In this document: piece after piece, positions 51,046 through 64,000 of the stretch
Numbering within the stretch: the first letter of the stretch is position 1
How the letters are laid out: every line of letters begins with the position of its first letter
From: Octopus bimaculoides
Taxonomy: Eukaryota
DNA: 64,000 nt
Assembly: GCF_001194135.2 (NCBI RefSeq)
Contig: NC_068985.1
Location: 7,279,641 to 7,343,640, forward strand
Reading direction: 5' to 3'
Notes under the pieces: model-generated
Told to the model about the DNA's origin: nothing
Database searches by the model: none
Seen by the model: only the letters and a program-made list of their open reading frames with translations
Translations under genes and position numbers: made by a program

Positions 51046-52628
51046 TATATATACGTTGCGCGCTTATTTTATTGTTGGACTGTAGGTTGTGTGGGGTTCC
51101 TAGGTGCCTATGTGTGGGAAAATAATATTGAAAGAATTTGCTGTCAAGCGATCGATATATATCAGTTGAATACGGAAGAGTGTCTAATCGACTAAAGTTT
51201 GAAATGCTTGTGTGCCAATGTTAGAAATCAAATTTTTTTTTTTTCATTGCGCCCAGTGTTGTATGTAATATATTTCATTTCGACGCTCATTTTCACACTT
51301 CACGAACATTTTCACAAAAGTTACTCCGTTTATCATGTCAATATTGATGTTTTAAAAATAGCATCCTACACTTACGTCAATGTCAATGCATGCAACTCTG
51401 CATGAAGGAAAATCCCAGTGCATATTTCTCTATAAGAATATCATTAAGTCTATTTTAAAACTAATCTCGTTCCTTTGCACTATCATTCATCATTATTCTA
51501 TCTCATGTTTTCAGATGGTTTTCTAAACCATAAGTTGAATTTGAACCAGTAATAGTTTCAAATAGTATGTTCCATTATAATGATAGACTCAATTAATTGT
51601 ATTATTTGCCCAGATATAATAATTTTTCTGTCATATTTGTGATAAGATATATTTTTCTCATCGTTAGTATTATTGTAAATATTAATAATGTCCGTCCACC
51701 AGGATAGCCAGCTTTGCTCGACGGTGAAAGATTGGCAAGGATTCTCTTAACTATTTCACGGCATGACCTCGGAGACGCCTTTGCTCTGACAATCTGACAG
51801 CCTTTCACATTTAACTGACCACTGTTTCAAATTTTAGAAGGCACTGCCAAACATTATGAACGAAATGCCGAACCAATATATTTTGGCAAGATATTAGTCT
51901 TAAGAATCCAATTCTACACCATACTTTCAAATATTAATAAAATAGTAACTTCGTTGCTGGTATGTAATAGTACCATGTTTAGACACAAAACTAAATTGAT
52001 CGAGTCGTCACTGTAAACTCAATATTGGTGGAAATCACTCTTAAGAACACGTTAGTTATTGAATTATAAAAACACGACTACACTATATTTGTATAATCAA
52101 AAATATGTGGGGGGGGGGGGGTTCAGTCGTTTTAAAGCGAGAAATGACTTGATTATGACTAAATACTATAATTGTGGAAATTATTTAAGGGGGCCCAATA
52201 TTGTTTTCTATTCGAGCAGACAAGGGTGACAACTCTGGAAAAAATTTCGGTCTTAGTCGGCGTCAGCGATGTATCAACTTTGACCGTGTATGCTGGCCAA
52301 GTAACCAACTTAGTGTATAGAAATAGATGCAAAAAAACTGTTTGGATGCGAAAATTTATTGATAATAACAACAGCAGAATCCAATACATTGATTAGTGAT
52401 TAGTTAACATTATTCTCAGGAAATCAATGCATAGGTAATGATTTTTGACACCCGGACACGAGTACAAACACTTGAAAAAAGAATGAAGTCGATTATATCG
52501 CCACCACTAGTATTTCAGCGTATGCCATTCAATGGAGCCTATAAAGTGAAAAGGTAAAAGTGAAAGGCAGAGAATTAAAAGTTAGAACTTAGTAGAGTTT
52601 TAGTGTATGGTACAGTTTTATGATATAA

Positions 52629-52790
52629 GCGCTGGCGTGGGCGTGTGATAGGAGATTTACCTCCCAACCATATGGGTCCGGTTTCAGAAGAACTGCGTAT
52701 AACCCTGGACAGGTGCCTTCCATTATGGCCTCAGCCCGAACAACGTTTTGCGAGTAGATAAGGGGGAAACTGAAAAGAAATCTGTCGTGT
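52629..52790 (+). mobile_element. SINE2 5' half, old and diverged, running into (TG)/(TA) and the N-gap at 52839-52911
   Basis: ggcgtgggcgtgtg..ccaaccatatgggtccggtttcag..ggaaactgaaaagaaatctgtcgtgtg. Confidence 0.65.
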
Positions 52791-53483
52791 GTGTGTGTGT
52801 GTGTGTGTGTATGTATATATATATATATATATATATATNNNNNNNNNNNNNNNNNNNNNNNNNNNNNNNNNNNNNNNNNNNNNNNNNNNNNNNNNNNNNN
52901 NNNNNNNNNNNATATAATTAAAAGTTTAAAGAAAACAGAAAAATACATAGATTAATCCTTTTTTAATCATAGTGCTGTCAATTAATAAGGTCTTACATTT
53001 TTATGCTTACATTACCTTTCCGCCAATTGTTATTGTCCATATTAGCACCTTTAAAGAGCATTATGATGTTATAAAACAATGGCCTCTTCTGAGCTTATTG
53101 ACTGCTATTTTTTCCACTTCTCTCGAATGGAGAATTTATTCCGACTGAATGGTAAGCTTTTAGTTCTTTTGTTTAACTATGTGTTGGATGTTGTTCTAAA
53201 AATAGTTCTAAACTGACTTTGTAACCCTACAGGTCAAGGGAAGACTTTGCTGCCTAGAAACTAGTTCCTGTTACCATTGCAGGCTTATTGGTTTATTTGA
53301 TAAGCACTTTAATCGTTGTTTTCATCAGGGCGGTCAAGGTCTTCAATTTTGCCGCTACCAATCCCATCCTATTCAATTTGTCGATCCCCTATTGCATCCC
53401 TATAGAAGAAAACTTCTTTACGAAGAAAAGAGTTTTCTTTGAATAAAGACCTATAGGTGTGTGTATCCAGACATGTATATATA

Positions 53484-53903
53484 GGCGCAGGAGTGGCTGT
53501 GTGGTAAGTAGCTTGCTTACCAACCGCATGGTTCTAGGTTCATTCCCACTGCGTGGCACCTTGGGCAAGTGTCTTCTACTATAGCCTCGGGCCGACCAAA
53601 GCCTTGTGAGTGGATTTGGTAGACGGAAACTGAAAGAAGCCCGTCGTATATACGTATATGTATATATGTATGTGTGTGTATATGTTTGTGTGTCTGTGTT
53701 TATCCCCCCAACATCGCTTGACAACCGATAGTGTTGTGTTTACGTCCCCGTAACTTAGCGATTCGGTAAAAGAGACCGATAGAATAAACACTAAGCTTTA
53801 AATAAAGAATAAGTCCTGGGGTCGATTTGCTTGACTAAAGGCGGTGCTCCAGCATAGCCGCAGTCAAATGACTGAAACAAATAAAAGAGTAAAAGAGTAA
53901 AAG

Positions 53904-53904
<1 letters not shown>
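53484..53904 (+). mobile_element. SINE2, full length, least diverged copy (tRNA head, CORE-like motif, internal microsatellite, (AGTAAAAG)n-type tail)
   Basis: ggcgcaggagtggctgtgtggtaag..ggttctaggttcattccc..caccttgggcaagtgtcttctac..gcagtcaaatgactgaaacaaataaaagagtaaaagagtaaaag. Confidence 0.96.
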
Positions 53905-53950
<46 letters not shown>

Positions 53951-53984
53951 TGTATGTATAGATGCATATATACCTGTGGGTGCA

Positions 53985-54178
53985 CGTCTTGGTGCTTGTG
54001 TTTGTCTCCCACCACGGCCTGACAACTACTGGTTTTGGTGCGCTTCCGTTCCCATGACATAGTAGTTCGGTAAACAGAGTCCGATATAAGTACTGTGGTC
54101 GATTCGCTTAACTAAAATTCTTCAGGACGGTGCCCCAGCATGGCTGCAGTCTAATGATTGAAACAAGCAGAAGATTTA
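53985..54178 (+). mobile_element. SINE2 3' half, older copy
   Basis: gtgtttgtctcccaccac..gacggtgccccagcatggctgcagtctaatgattgaaacaag. Confidence 0.75.
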
Positions 54179-54388
54179 AATATAAAATTGCAGGTATTCG
54201 TCGTGGTTTTAAGTTTCACCATTTTAATGACAGAATAGCTGATGACGGTTTCAACTTAGCATTAAGTAAAATATACTGCTCTGAAGAATAACGTGTCAGA
54301 CAGCGTTGTTCAAGATGAAGATTCACAAGTCGATTTTCACCAATATACATGCGTTTGTGTAAGCATGCATGCATGTATAGTATGTGTG

Positions 54389-54728
<340 letters not shown>

Positions 54729-54754
54729 CGTGTGTATATGTTTGCGTATGTACA

Positions 54755-54923
54755 CTTGGATTCTTAATTCATACCCTACAAATGATCACGATATGTGGGA
54801 GTATAAAAATCTGTAAGACCTTCTTAAGATTTAAAAGACGATGCTTGAAACAAGATTCTTTCCTTCACAACTTTGCAACCAAGGAGATGGCCCGGTCAAA
54901 ATAAACTCTGAAGTTAAAAAGAA
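54755..54923 (+). mobile_element. R4/Dong-type extreme 3' fragment (second subfamily), followed by (ACAT)n at 54924-54987
   Basis: LIHTLQMITICGSIKICKTFLRF parallels LIQRLQIQSISETVKIC in the 9-kb copy. Confidence 0.55.
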
Positions 54924-54957
54924 CATACATACATACATACATACATACATACATACA

Positions 54958-54987
<30 letters not shown>

Positions 54988-54988
<1 letters not shown>

Positions 54989-55345
54989 TGAGAAATCTGT
55001 AGTCACTCTATCCGGATTACAAGTTCAGGCTTATAGCTGTAATTATTGGGGCCCTTGGATATGCAACACACTGCCTAAATATTAATCTTGTGAAATTAGG
55101 CTTCTGAAAACCAGAAAGGAGAAAGCTAATTCCAAAACTACAGATCCAATCTATCACAAGAACTGTAAAAAACTTTCCAGAAGTTTAGCATTTAAATATG
55201 CATGAGCATGTTTAGATATGCGACTAAATGCATACAAATCTGCACATATACATACATACATACAAAAATACCCTGTTGTTGATGAAGAAATCTCGGATCT
55301 AGGCTAGAAACCGGCTCTTTATTCTTGAAATTAACTGAATAATGA
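54988..55345 (+). mobile_element. R4/Dong-type 3' fragment, same family as 8845-9340
   Basis: RNL*SLYPDYKFRLIAVIIGALGYATHCLNINLVKLGF*KPERRKLIPKLQIQSITRTVKTFQKF, plus the matching 3' UTR. Confidence 0.85.
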
Positions 55346-56458
55346 CATACATAAATAAGCACGTACTTACGTACATATATACATACATATATACGTAAAT
55401 ATGTATCTACATATACATACATACATACACATATGCGCAATTGCGTACGTACATATAGATGTATGTCTTTTTGCACAGTTATTTGAGTGGTGAATAAACT
55501 TGATGACTCTTAAATAAATCGAGAAACGAAAGAATGTAAAATCAGGAGAAAATAGTTGATTCTTGTTACGTATTTTATGAATATAATTGGCAACAGAAAA
55601 TGAACAAGAGTGAAAACAGTGCTATTATTTAGTACGATAACTTAGCTATCTAACAGATGGGAAAACTTATCTTCTACTTAATATAATAAAGTGATTTAGG
55701 GAGATAAGACTTATTAGCACCAACACCTGCAAATTTTCGATTTAATTAATACAGCAGCAGCAGTAACGTCAACTGTCAACAGTAATAACGACATTAGTGA
55801 CATCATCAGCATCTTTAGTAGAAGTATGAGGAGGGAGGCTGAAAGGAATATTGTGATCGTGAAGGTGGTGGTGAGGAAGGTAGAAGATGATTCGCTGAAA
55901 ATAGTTTGATTTTATGGTAATGAGATTGATATATAAAAATTGAGAGAAGTTAATTGCCAGCGGTGTTAGAGTTATGAGCAGAAAGCATTTGCAGCGGCTC
56001 TCTGAGTTCAAATTCTGCCCTGGTCAGTTTTGCTAACCACTCATTTGGGATCCAAAGAGTTCCATTCTAGAGATCACTTCATCTCTCTCTCTCATATCTC
56101 CCTCTCCCACTCTCTATCTCTCTCTTTCTCTCTCTCTCACACTGAAAGATAGGTGAACTTTACATGACTCAAGTGAAATAGGCTCCGCAAAGTTTATAAT
56201 ATCCAAGACACGCCTGATTTCACAACAGTGAATGAACGACACATTCACACTCACATACATACATATATGCATACATACACGCATATACACATACACACAC
56301 AATACGCATGTACGAAGATGTGCTCATACGCACACATACACACTTAGACACACAGCACATATAAACACCACACCAGCCATGCCAGCTCACCCGCGAATCC
56401 ACACTCTTCGTATACGCATAACCACGCGAGTATACATAAACACACCCACTTACACACA

Positions 56459-56500
<42 letters not shown>

Positions 56501-56505
56501 AACAA

Positions 56506-56578
<73 letters not shown>

Positions 56579-57049
56579 TACACACACATACATACACAGA
56601 GATGAATTCACACATGTGCCCACATACATATACAGACACACATAGTCTCACACGTATATACGCTTGCGCACACGTGCACACAAGCTCAATTACTCACAAA
56701 CCGTATGCAGAGGCACTGACACTACTAGTTTCCTGTCCAACAACGCAGTTAAAGAAATTCTCTTCTCTCATGGAACTGCTGTAACTTACCAAGCTCGATA
56801 ATCCACTGTGACATCACGTGACCCTCCTTGACCAACTAAAACTCATCTCCCGGTAGCCATCTTCCTGTACTTTTCCGTTCATTCGGCTATTCCACGAGTC
56901 TAAGACAGGCTCCGTTAGGTGTCTGCGAAACTTGAAGTAGCACAGAATCCGAATCAGACTGTTTTGTATAATACATGTAACTCTTAATAAATGTGTTGAG
57001 GGCCCTTTCTGTCCTTTGTCCACTCACCAGTGTATGTGTGTACGTAGTC

Positions 57050-57160
57050 TAAAAGCTCCACTTACAAGGCTTTAATCGTCCCGAGGCTATTAGTAGAAGA
57101 CTCTTGTACAACGTGTCACGCAGTGGGACTGAACTCGGAATCATGTAGGTGGGAAATAAA
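57050..57160 (-). mobile_element. SINE2 5' fragment, degraded
   Basis: ccacttacaaggctttaatcgtcccgaggctattagtagaagac..cacgcagtgggactgaactcggaatcatg. Confidence 0.75.
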
Positions 57161-57752
57161 CAACCGCACCTAGAGACTTTTTTTTTTCAGTTAAACAGAA
57201 ACCAAGTCATTTTGCTGTCGTACGGAGCACTGTGGAATAACAGGCAAATTGTCGTCAGCCACAAGGGCGCGATCCTGCTTCAATACTTTTCGAAAGAACT
57301 ACAATTATGATGATTTAATAATCAAATTGATATATGAGTCTTAAAACAAAGAACGCTTTCACCTTTACTACATGACAAAACATGTGAAATATCAGTTGCA
57401 AACAGTTACAAAGTAGAGAAAAAATCTCTCCATCAAATATTGCACTCATGTTTTTCAAAATATTATTTAAATAATAGTAAACAATAACATTGAATACCAG
57501 AGAAAAGATATTAATCATATTTGAAAATAAATTAGAATAGAAATCTTAAGAGACTTGTGGATATTCCTAAATGTACTGCAGAGGAATGATAAACAAAAGG
57601 AACAGTAAAAAAAAAAAAACATCTTCTTTTGTTCACTAAAATGGTGTGGTTCATATATATTTCTGAGTATGTGCGTATATTTATCTGCTATATACAAAGA
57701 CATATATATAAAAATATATATATGTGTATATATATATATATAGTGCCATTTT

Positions 57753-57810
<58 letters not shown>

Positions 57811-58539
57811 CACCTTAATGTAGAAAATAATAAGCACAAAAATAATGAAAGAATTTCTTATACTGAAAATAGCGTGTCAAATTTATTTCGTTGCTAAAAA
57901 TTGTAACCACATGTCTTTGAATTTCACATCTCAGATCTTAGAATTTAAAGTCACGAAACTTGAAGCTTCAGCCTTGATATACATGCACATACGCCTATAC
58001 ATACATGTATACACACGTACATACATATATACATACATGCATATAATCATACATACACATAATTATGTATGCATATATGTATTTTGGTATATTTCTTCTC
58101 ACACACAAACACATACAGACACACACGCACACACATAAATATATATATATATACATAAACCCACAAAGAATATTTAATCTCCAATGTGGTGTGGAACATT
58201 CTTTCACTGTTCCACATTGGACTGTGTGTGTATGTGTGTGTGTGTTTGTGTTTGTTTGTGTCTCTTTGTGAGTGGGTGGACTTGTGGGTGCGTATGTGCC
58301 TGTGGGTGTGTATACATGCAAGTATCGAACAGTGAGTATGAGTGCTCAACACCGCATTGGTGGATAAATATTCTTCATTCGTGGATTAAGAAGGCAACTA
58401 AATTGAACAATTGTAAAGAATATTCGCATGAAACCGTTGGTTACCTTGTTAACCCGTACGTATATCCTTTAACAGCTGATAACACACTAACATTTCATTT
58501 GTCTTGAATTCATCCCATTAGAAATAATGAGGGGAATCA

Positions 58540-59830
58540 GACTATTTTTGAACAAAAGAAATTTATCCTAGAGTGTTAATGCATGTCTGAAAACGCAGTC
58601 GAAATGCACAGATTGTTTAAAAGGAAATTGCAAGCGGATCCACTAACGGAAGCAGATTACAATGTTAACAATGTCTACAAAAACGTATAGGCAGACGGCG
58701 GAGATAACGAATCCGCCAGCAACAAAAGAGAGAATCGGAAGCTTAAGGCCAAATTTCAAGAAAATTTGTGTGACTAGCGTGTCATAAGAAACTCAAAATC
58801 AAGCGACCATTGCATTTTGAAGTATTGTTCTTGGAAGAGTTACATTCTCAGAAAAAAGCATTCTCTCTATGGAGATGATCCAGACCGAAAACAGGAGTTT
58901 TGCGGGTGGTACTTGGCAAGATGTGTACAAGATGCACATTTTTCAACAAATACTGTTCAGAGTGTTTAGGTTACATTTAATTTAAATGGTTCAATGAAGC
59001 GCTACAGTTGCACCTAGTACCTACATATTACAGAGAGACATCATGTTTATGTACCAGGAATTACAGTACGGTTTGGTTTTGGTTAAGAGAATTAATTCGG
59101 CCATTCTTTCAGACGACACTGTGACTGGTAACATGTGCTTGAACTTCCAAAACGTTCAAAAGGACTTTTGAAGGTATGGAGTTTATCTCCAGCGAGATGG
59201 GGCACCTCATACTACCATAGAAATGTAAGGGCCTATTTCGGTGAGACTTTCCCACGCAGGCGAATTGAACAAAGCGATTCAGTAGAATATTCTTTGAATT
59301 CACCGAAAATCACACTACTAAATATTTTATATGCAGAAACTTAACTGATAAAAGGCGGTGAGCTGGCAGAAACGTTAGCACACCGGGCGAAATGCTTAGC
59401 GGTATTTCGTCTGCCGTTATGTTCTGAGTTTAAATTCCGCCGAGGTCGACTTTGCCTTTCATCCTTTCGGGGTCGATAAATTAAGTACCAGTTACACACT
59501 GGGATTGATGTAATCGACTTAATTCCTTTGTCTGTCCTTGTCTGTCTCCTCTATGTTTAGCCCCTTGTGGGCAATAAAGAAATAAGAAACTTAACTGATA
59601 AAGTTTCCAATTCTCACAAGAGTTGATGAATTGAGAGCTGTCATTGTCTGGGAATGTGAATAAATAACGAACCAAATATTTTTGAATGTTAGCAGTTCCA
59701 CCATATTGTGTTATCAGCAGTGCCCTGACAATAACAGTCACCAGACTGATAACAGGCATGCATAAAATAATTAAATTCTCCCTGTAGATTCTTTAAAGTT
59801 TGAAAATGAAACGTATTTTAATAGACACTG
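58540..59830 (+). mobile_element. Tc1/mariner-superfamily transposase pseudogene (DUF4817-type N-terminus), split by a SINE1 insertion
   Basis: FEQKKFILEC*CMSENAVEMHRLFKRKLQADPLT; DDPDRKQEFCGWYLARC; LQRDGAPH..RNVRAYFGETFPRRRIEQ (QQDGAP-like catalytic D); VDELRAVIVWEC. Confidence 0.82.
59354..59590 (+). mobile_element. SINE1, tail B, full length with a perfect 18-bp TSD
   Basis: TSD agaaacttaactgataaa at 59335-59352 and 59585-59602. Confidence 0.96.
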
Positions 59831-59902
59831 ACTTAACATTTCAGTGCATATGTGTGTGTATGTATGTATATGTATATATGAATGTGTGTGTGTGTGTGTA
59901 TG

Positions 59903-59936
<34 letters not shown>

Positions 59937-60387
59937 TGTATGTATTATGTGGAAATAGCAATAAAAGTTTTCATTATCACTCTTCTGCGAAAACAGGTTC
60001 CTAGCAAAGATTAATTGCAGTTTTGATCGAAGATTTTTCTTTCCAGAATTTTTATGAGGATTTATCAATGAAGAAACCATTTTAAAAATAATAAGATGAC
60101 GCAAATGAAGTTTGATTCTAAAATTGTAATAGATTTAGAGTCCGAGCAAAATTGATTATTAGTAAATCATTTTCCAGTGAAACTGTTTCCGTATGATACG
60201 TAATATCTTTCATAACACATTCACACAATAAAATGGAACAACAGCTATTCAGACGAATTACTTATTAGTGCTTTTATTTTTGAAATGGGATATTTTAAAT
60301 ACAATCGAGTGTGAAATATCCCCGACTATAGTTAGATACGATAGGGATTTCCAGTTCAAAACATTGTTTAATTATTTACGGTAGTAA

Positions 60388-60825
60388 GGCGGTGAGCTGG
60401 CAGAAACGTTAGAACGCCGAGTGAAATCCTGAGGGGTATTTCCTCTGCCGCTACATTCTGAGTTCAAATTCCGCCGAGGTCGACTTTGCCTTTCATTCTT
60501 TCGGGGTCGATAAATTATGTACCAGTTACAGACTGGGGTCGATATAATCGACTTAATCCCTTTGTCTGTCCTTGTTTATCCCCTCTATGTTTAGCCCCCT
60601 GGTGGGCAATAAAGAAATAAGAAACGTTAGCACCCCCGGTCGAAACGCTCAGCTGTATTTCGTCTGTCTTTATGTTCTGACTTCAAATTCCGCCGAGGTC
60701 GACATTGCCTTTCATCCTTTCGCGCTCGATAAATGAGGTACCAGTTACACACTGGGGTCGATGTAATCGAGTGGACCACTACCCAAAGATTTCGGGCCTT
60801 GTGCCTAGAGTAAAAGTGAATTATT
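60388..60825 (+). mobile_element. SINE1 dimer (tail-B unit fused to a headless tail-A unit)
   Basis: Junction aataaGAAACgttagcac at 60621-60625. TSD aattatttacgg(t/c)agt at 60370-60385 and 60819-60834. Confidence 0.95.
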
Positions 60826-61389
60826 TACGGCAGTGATTATCAATTTCGTACGAAACGAAAGCATCAACGAAATACATTTCAGTATTCGTGTAAGACCGAG
60901 TTCTGAAAGGTTTCGTCATTAAAGATTGTGGGAAACTGTGGTTAAACATTATCAAATGCTGAAAGTAAATAATGAAATATGCTAATGTTTAAAATATTGA
61001 TTTGTTCGCAAAAAGCAACATGAACTAATTCTGATTATTTGTTTTGACTTTCGTGGTTCAATCACATTGTTTCAAACGCACTACACTTTGAAATACGGTA
61101 AGTTACTAATTTCCCTTTGTCAAAAAACGTAATTGTCAATTATAGTCAATTATGTGTATCACGTACTTCGCAATCTAGTACATTAATTAAGGTGTTCACA
61201 TTTGCATTTGGTAGGACAGAAATTGTAAGAGTTTTAAGCATACTTTGAACTAATAATATTGATTATTATCTGTTCATCGACGACTCTCCCTCCTAAACAC
61301 TTTGCCAATTTTTCTGTTCATTTATTATACATCGGTTTTGTAAGATAAGCCTGAGAAAAATAAACCGTCAAGGTATCAGTCACTCTGAC

Positions 61390-61600
61390 AGGTTTATGGT
61401 CGAACGTGTAGCAGTGGAGACTTCCTGTGTTCTCGGTGCCTCCGAACCAAATCCCTGCTCACCGCTATCGAGGTGGAGATAGCTATCTACAAGTACGAGC
61501 CCCGTGAGTCGGAGTACCTGTCCCAGTGACATCCTCCGGGGCAATGCCTTTTCCATTTTGTTTGCTGAGACCATAAGGCAGTCTGAATTGCAGAAAGTGG
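61390..61600 (+). mobile_element. Possible ancient RTE-clade LINE fragment
   Basis: GC-richer island; across frameshifts reads AIEVEIAIYKYE.R*VG(Y)LSQ..ILFAE, resembling SIE.LL...QLRW.GH..RM..ILYGE. Confidence 0.35.
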
Positions 61601-62698
61601 TGCGTTCCATTCCTTAATGTAAAGTTACTCCGGATCATGCCTAGCACTTCATAAAAAGCAACGGGATTTCACGCTCCATCGACGTTCAATGAATGGTTGT
61701 GGTAGTATTTTGATTGTTTTACTTTATTTATTTAGCAATAAGATAAGTCGAAGAATTGAGGATACGCGCAAAAACATTTAAAGAAAGTTTTTGCATAGGT
61801 TACAGATTGCATCGTACAAAATGTCATACTTTACAAATCTATGAATACCTCAACTGTATCTTCTACGTCTTCTGTTATGTGCATTTTCCAAGGGTTTCTG
61901 ACGATATACAGAATATAGTTGGACATTATCATTGGTATTAAATTTGGAGAGAAATCACTACAAAGGTTACTTACAAGCAAATGGCAAAACGTTTTTCTCT
62001 TTTGCAATTTGTATGATCCGAAGATTTTAGACTCTGTTGATGCTTTAGGAAGAAAATGTCAAGAATGGAGACTTCAATTTTTCTTACATACAGACAGCTT
62101 TGAGAAAGATGGAGTTTGAAAACTATAGCAACATCAAAAACAGTATTAGGAATGTTCTTTTCTTCTTTTTTTTTTCAAATATTCCAAACAATACTTCATT
62201 GCACAGAACTAAAAGTCACCTGAAAAATCCATTCGACGCAGCTATTGATTGATACGTCATTTTTAATGAGCCGAAGATACAATCTTTTGCAGTTGAACTT
62301 TGATCGGGTGTGGAAACCAAAAATCTTCATTATCATTGTTAATGTTGAATAAGGTGATCAAATTGGAAAAATTTGATTTTTGAAAATTCTCGTCTGATTT
62401 TCTAACACATACTTTGTAAGAAACTATTCTCATTAATGATTCAACGGAAAAGACAAGCACACTATGAGAGGTGCTTTCTTTTCGCTTTTGCTACAAAGGA
62501 CAATTTCATAAATCAACTGCAAAACTAAACGCTACATGCAATTGGTAGTTTCATGTTATATGATTGATGTAAGATAAAATTATTTATGGCATCGGAAACT
62601 CTTCAAGCTTAATTTGTTATTCTGTTGGGAAATATTATAGTATTTTCCATAAAAGAAAAGAAAAATATGTCTATGTATATATTCTGTCTTCTGTACAG

Positions 62699-62911
62699 AT
62701 TTGGGCGGTTTTTTTCTCTCTATTCCTCTGTATTACTTGGGGTTCTTATCCAAAGATGGTTAAACAGCATTTAGGGGATTCGGTAGCATATAACACTAAC
62801 ACGAGAAAAATTATTTTATTTTTGTTGCTATCATTGTTTATTTTCAGGTCAAGGAAATTCCAGCCATGAACATCACGTCTGTTTTAAGGATATTTGGGAC
62901 TATATTATTAT
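62699..62911 (+). other. Candidate two-exon fragment (62699-62758 and 62848-62911) of an unidentified membrane protein
   Basis: Pyrimidine-rich cag acceptors before both segments; 89-nt intron with CTAAC at 62796-62800. Phase-0 splice gives IWAVFFSLFLCITWGSYPKM-VKEIPAMNITSVLRIFGTILL. Both donors (gttaaa, gtaatg) are weak. Confidence 0.25.
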
Positions 62912-63049
62912 GTAATGTGTCCTTGTCTTATTTAAGAGGATATGACGTTGTCTGAGTCCAACATAGTTGCTCTTTTTAGCAGGCTGAGCAAAACATGTAG
63001 GGAGATTTCGTTGGTGCGTTAAATGGAAGTTTTTCACTACAGAAGCGTT

Positions 63050-63920
63050 TTGTGTGTTTGTGTGTCTGTGGGGTGGGGGGGTGTATTCGTGTAGTGCATG
63101 TGTGCTTGCATGTGTGTGTGCCTGCATGTGTGTGTGCCTGCATGTGTGTGTGCCTGCATGTGTGTGTGCCTGTGCGTGTATTCGTGTGTGTGCCTCTGTG
63201 TGTGTGTGTGTGTGCCTGTGCGTGTATTCGTGTGTGTGTGTGCCTGTGTGTATGTGTGCGTCTATATGTGTGTGTGTTCGTATATGCGTGCGTGCATGCG
63301 TGTGTGTGTGCCTGTGTTTATTCTTCTGTGTGTGTGCCTATGTGTTTATTCTTCTGTGTGTGTGCGCGTGTGTATGCGTGCATGTATATGTGTGTGTGTG
63401 TGCCTGTGTGTGTGTGTATGTGTGTGTGTGTGTGTCTATGTGTGTGTGTGCATGCGTTCGTGTGTCCGTGTGTGCGTGCGTGTGTATGTGTCCGTGTGTG
63501 TGTGTATGTGTGCGTGTATATGTGTGTGTGTCTTTGTGTGTATGTGTGTTCGTGTGTGCGTTCGTGTGTGCGTTCGTGTGTGTGGTTGTTCGTGTATTCG
63601 TGTGTGTGTCCCTATGTGTTTATTCTTCTCTGTGTGTGCGCGTGTGTATGCGTGCATGNNNNNNNNNNGTCCGTGTGTGCGTGCGTGTGTATGTGTCCGT
63701 GTGTGTGTGTATGTGTACGTGTATATGTGTGTGTCTTTGTGTGCGTGTGTGTGTTCGTGTGTGCGTGTGTGTGCCTGTGTGTGTATTCGTGTCTGTGTTC
63801 GTATGTGCATTCGTGTGTGTGTGTGTGTGTGTGAGTGTTCGTCTGTGTGTGTGCTCGTGTATTATGTGTGTGTGTGCGTGCGCGCGCCTGTATGCGCGTG
63901 TGTGTGTGTGTGTGTGTGTG
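63050..63920. repeat. Complex TG-rich minisatellite with higher-order duplications and a 10-N gap at 63659-63668
   Basis: Repeated gtgtgtgcctgcat units and re-occurring blocks (tgtttattcttct.., gtccgtgtgtgcgtgcgtgtgtatgtgtccg..). Confidence 0.95.
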
Positions 63921-64000
63921 CTCTTCCATCTTTATAGCCACGTTATAGCTACTGCTTCATTCTTTCTTCCGCTTTATTATTCTGTAGATCTCAAGAATCG

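Noticed and set aside
52222-52305. Possible exon reading ..RQRCINFDRVCWP, reminiscent of the secretin-family GPCR hormone-binding motif
   Set aside because: The spacing is C-x2-FD-x2-CWP rather than C-x3-WD-x3-CWP, and no neighbouring receptor exons were found.
55271-55320. Fourth hammerhead candidate (TTGATGA..GAAA-CCGG)
   Set aside because: The core lacks C3, stem II does not pair convincingly, and the homologous 3' UTR at about 8850-8910 does not keep the arrangement. Treated as R4/Dong 3' UTR.
58440-58485. Minus-strand candidate exon with an AAG|gtaacc donor
   Set aside because: It sits immediately upstream of the Tc1/mariner coding remnant, probably in its leader, and the acceptor is weak.

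Overview
This is an AT-rich, repeat-dense eukaryotic window with 11 N-gaps, most of them next to (TA)n microsatellites. The SINE families and repeat landscape look like octopod cephalopod (Octopus) DNA; that is recognition from memory, not a database result. I could not confidently identify any intact protein-coding gene, and most long ORFs in the supplied track are artefacts of microsatellites, N-runs or decayed transposons. Contents: (1) three tRNA-derived SINE families. SINE1 (about 15 copies) has two alternative tails, A and B, and three B+A dimers. SINE2 is CORE-like with an internal microsatellite (about 13 copies or fragments). SINE3 has 2 copies. (2) Decayed non-LTR retrotransposons: CR1, RTE, R4/Dong-type and Penelope-like. 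(3) Tc1/mariner remnants and MITEs, a Tigger-like MITE and hAT elements. (4) Many simple repeats. Best leads: three minimal type I hammerhead-ribozyme motifs with palindromic stem III loops, one tied to a Penelope GIY-YIG fragment; SINE1 target duplications that begin with the element's own tail motif, plus recurrent dimers fused at GAAAC; a hAT-like element whose 8-bp target duplication equals half of its internal 16-bp tandem repeat; and several weak candidate exons of an unidentified gene. Nothing here demonstrates a new biological system. The leads are testable retroelement-biology hypotheses.
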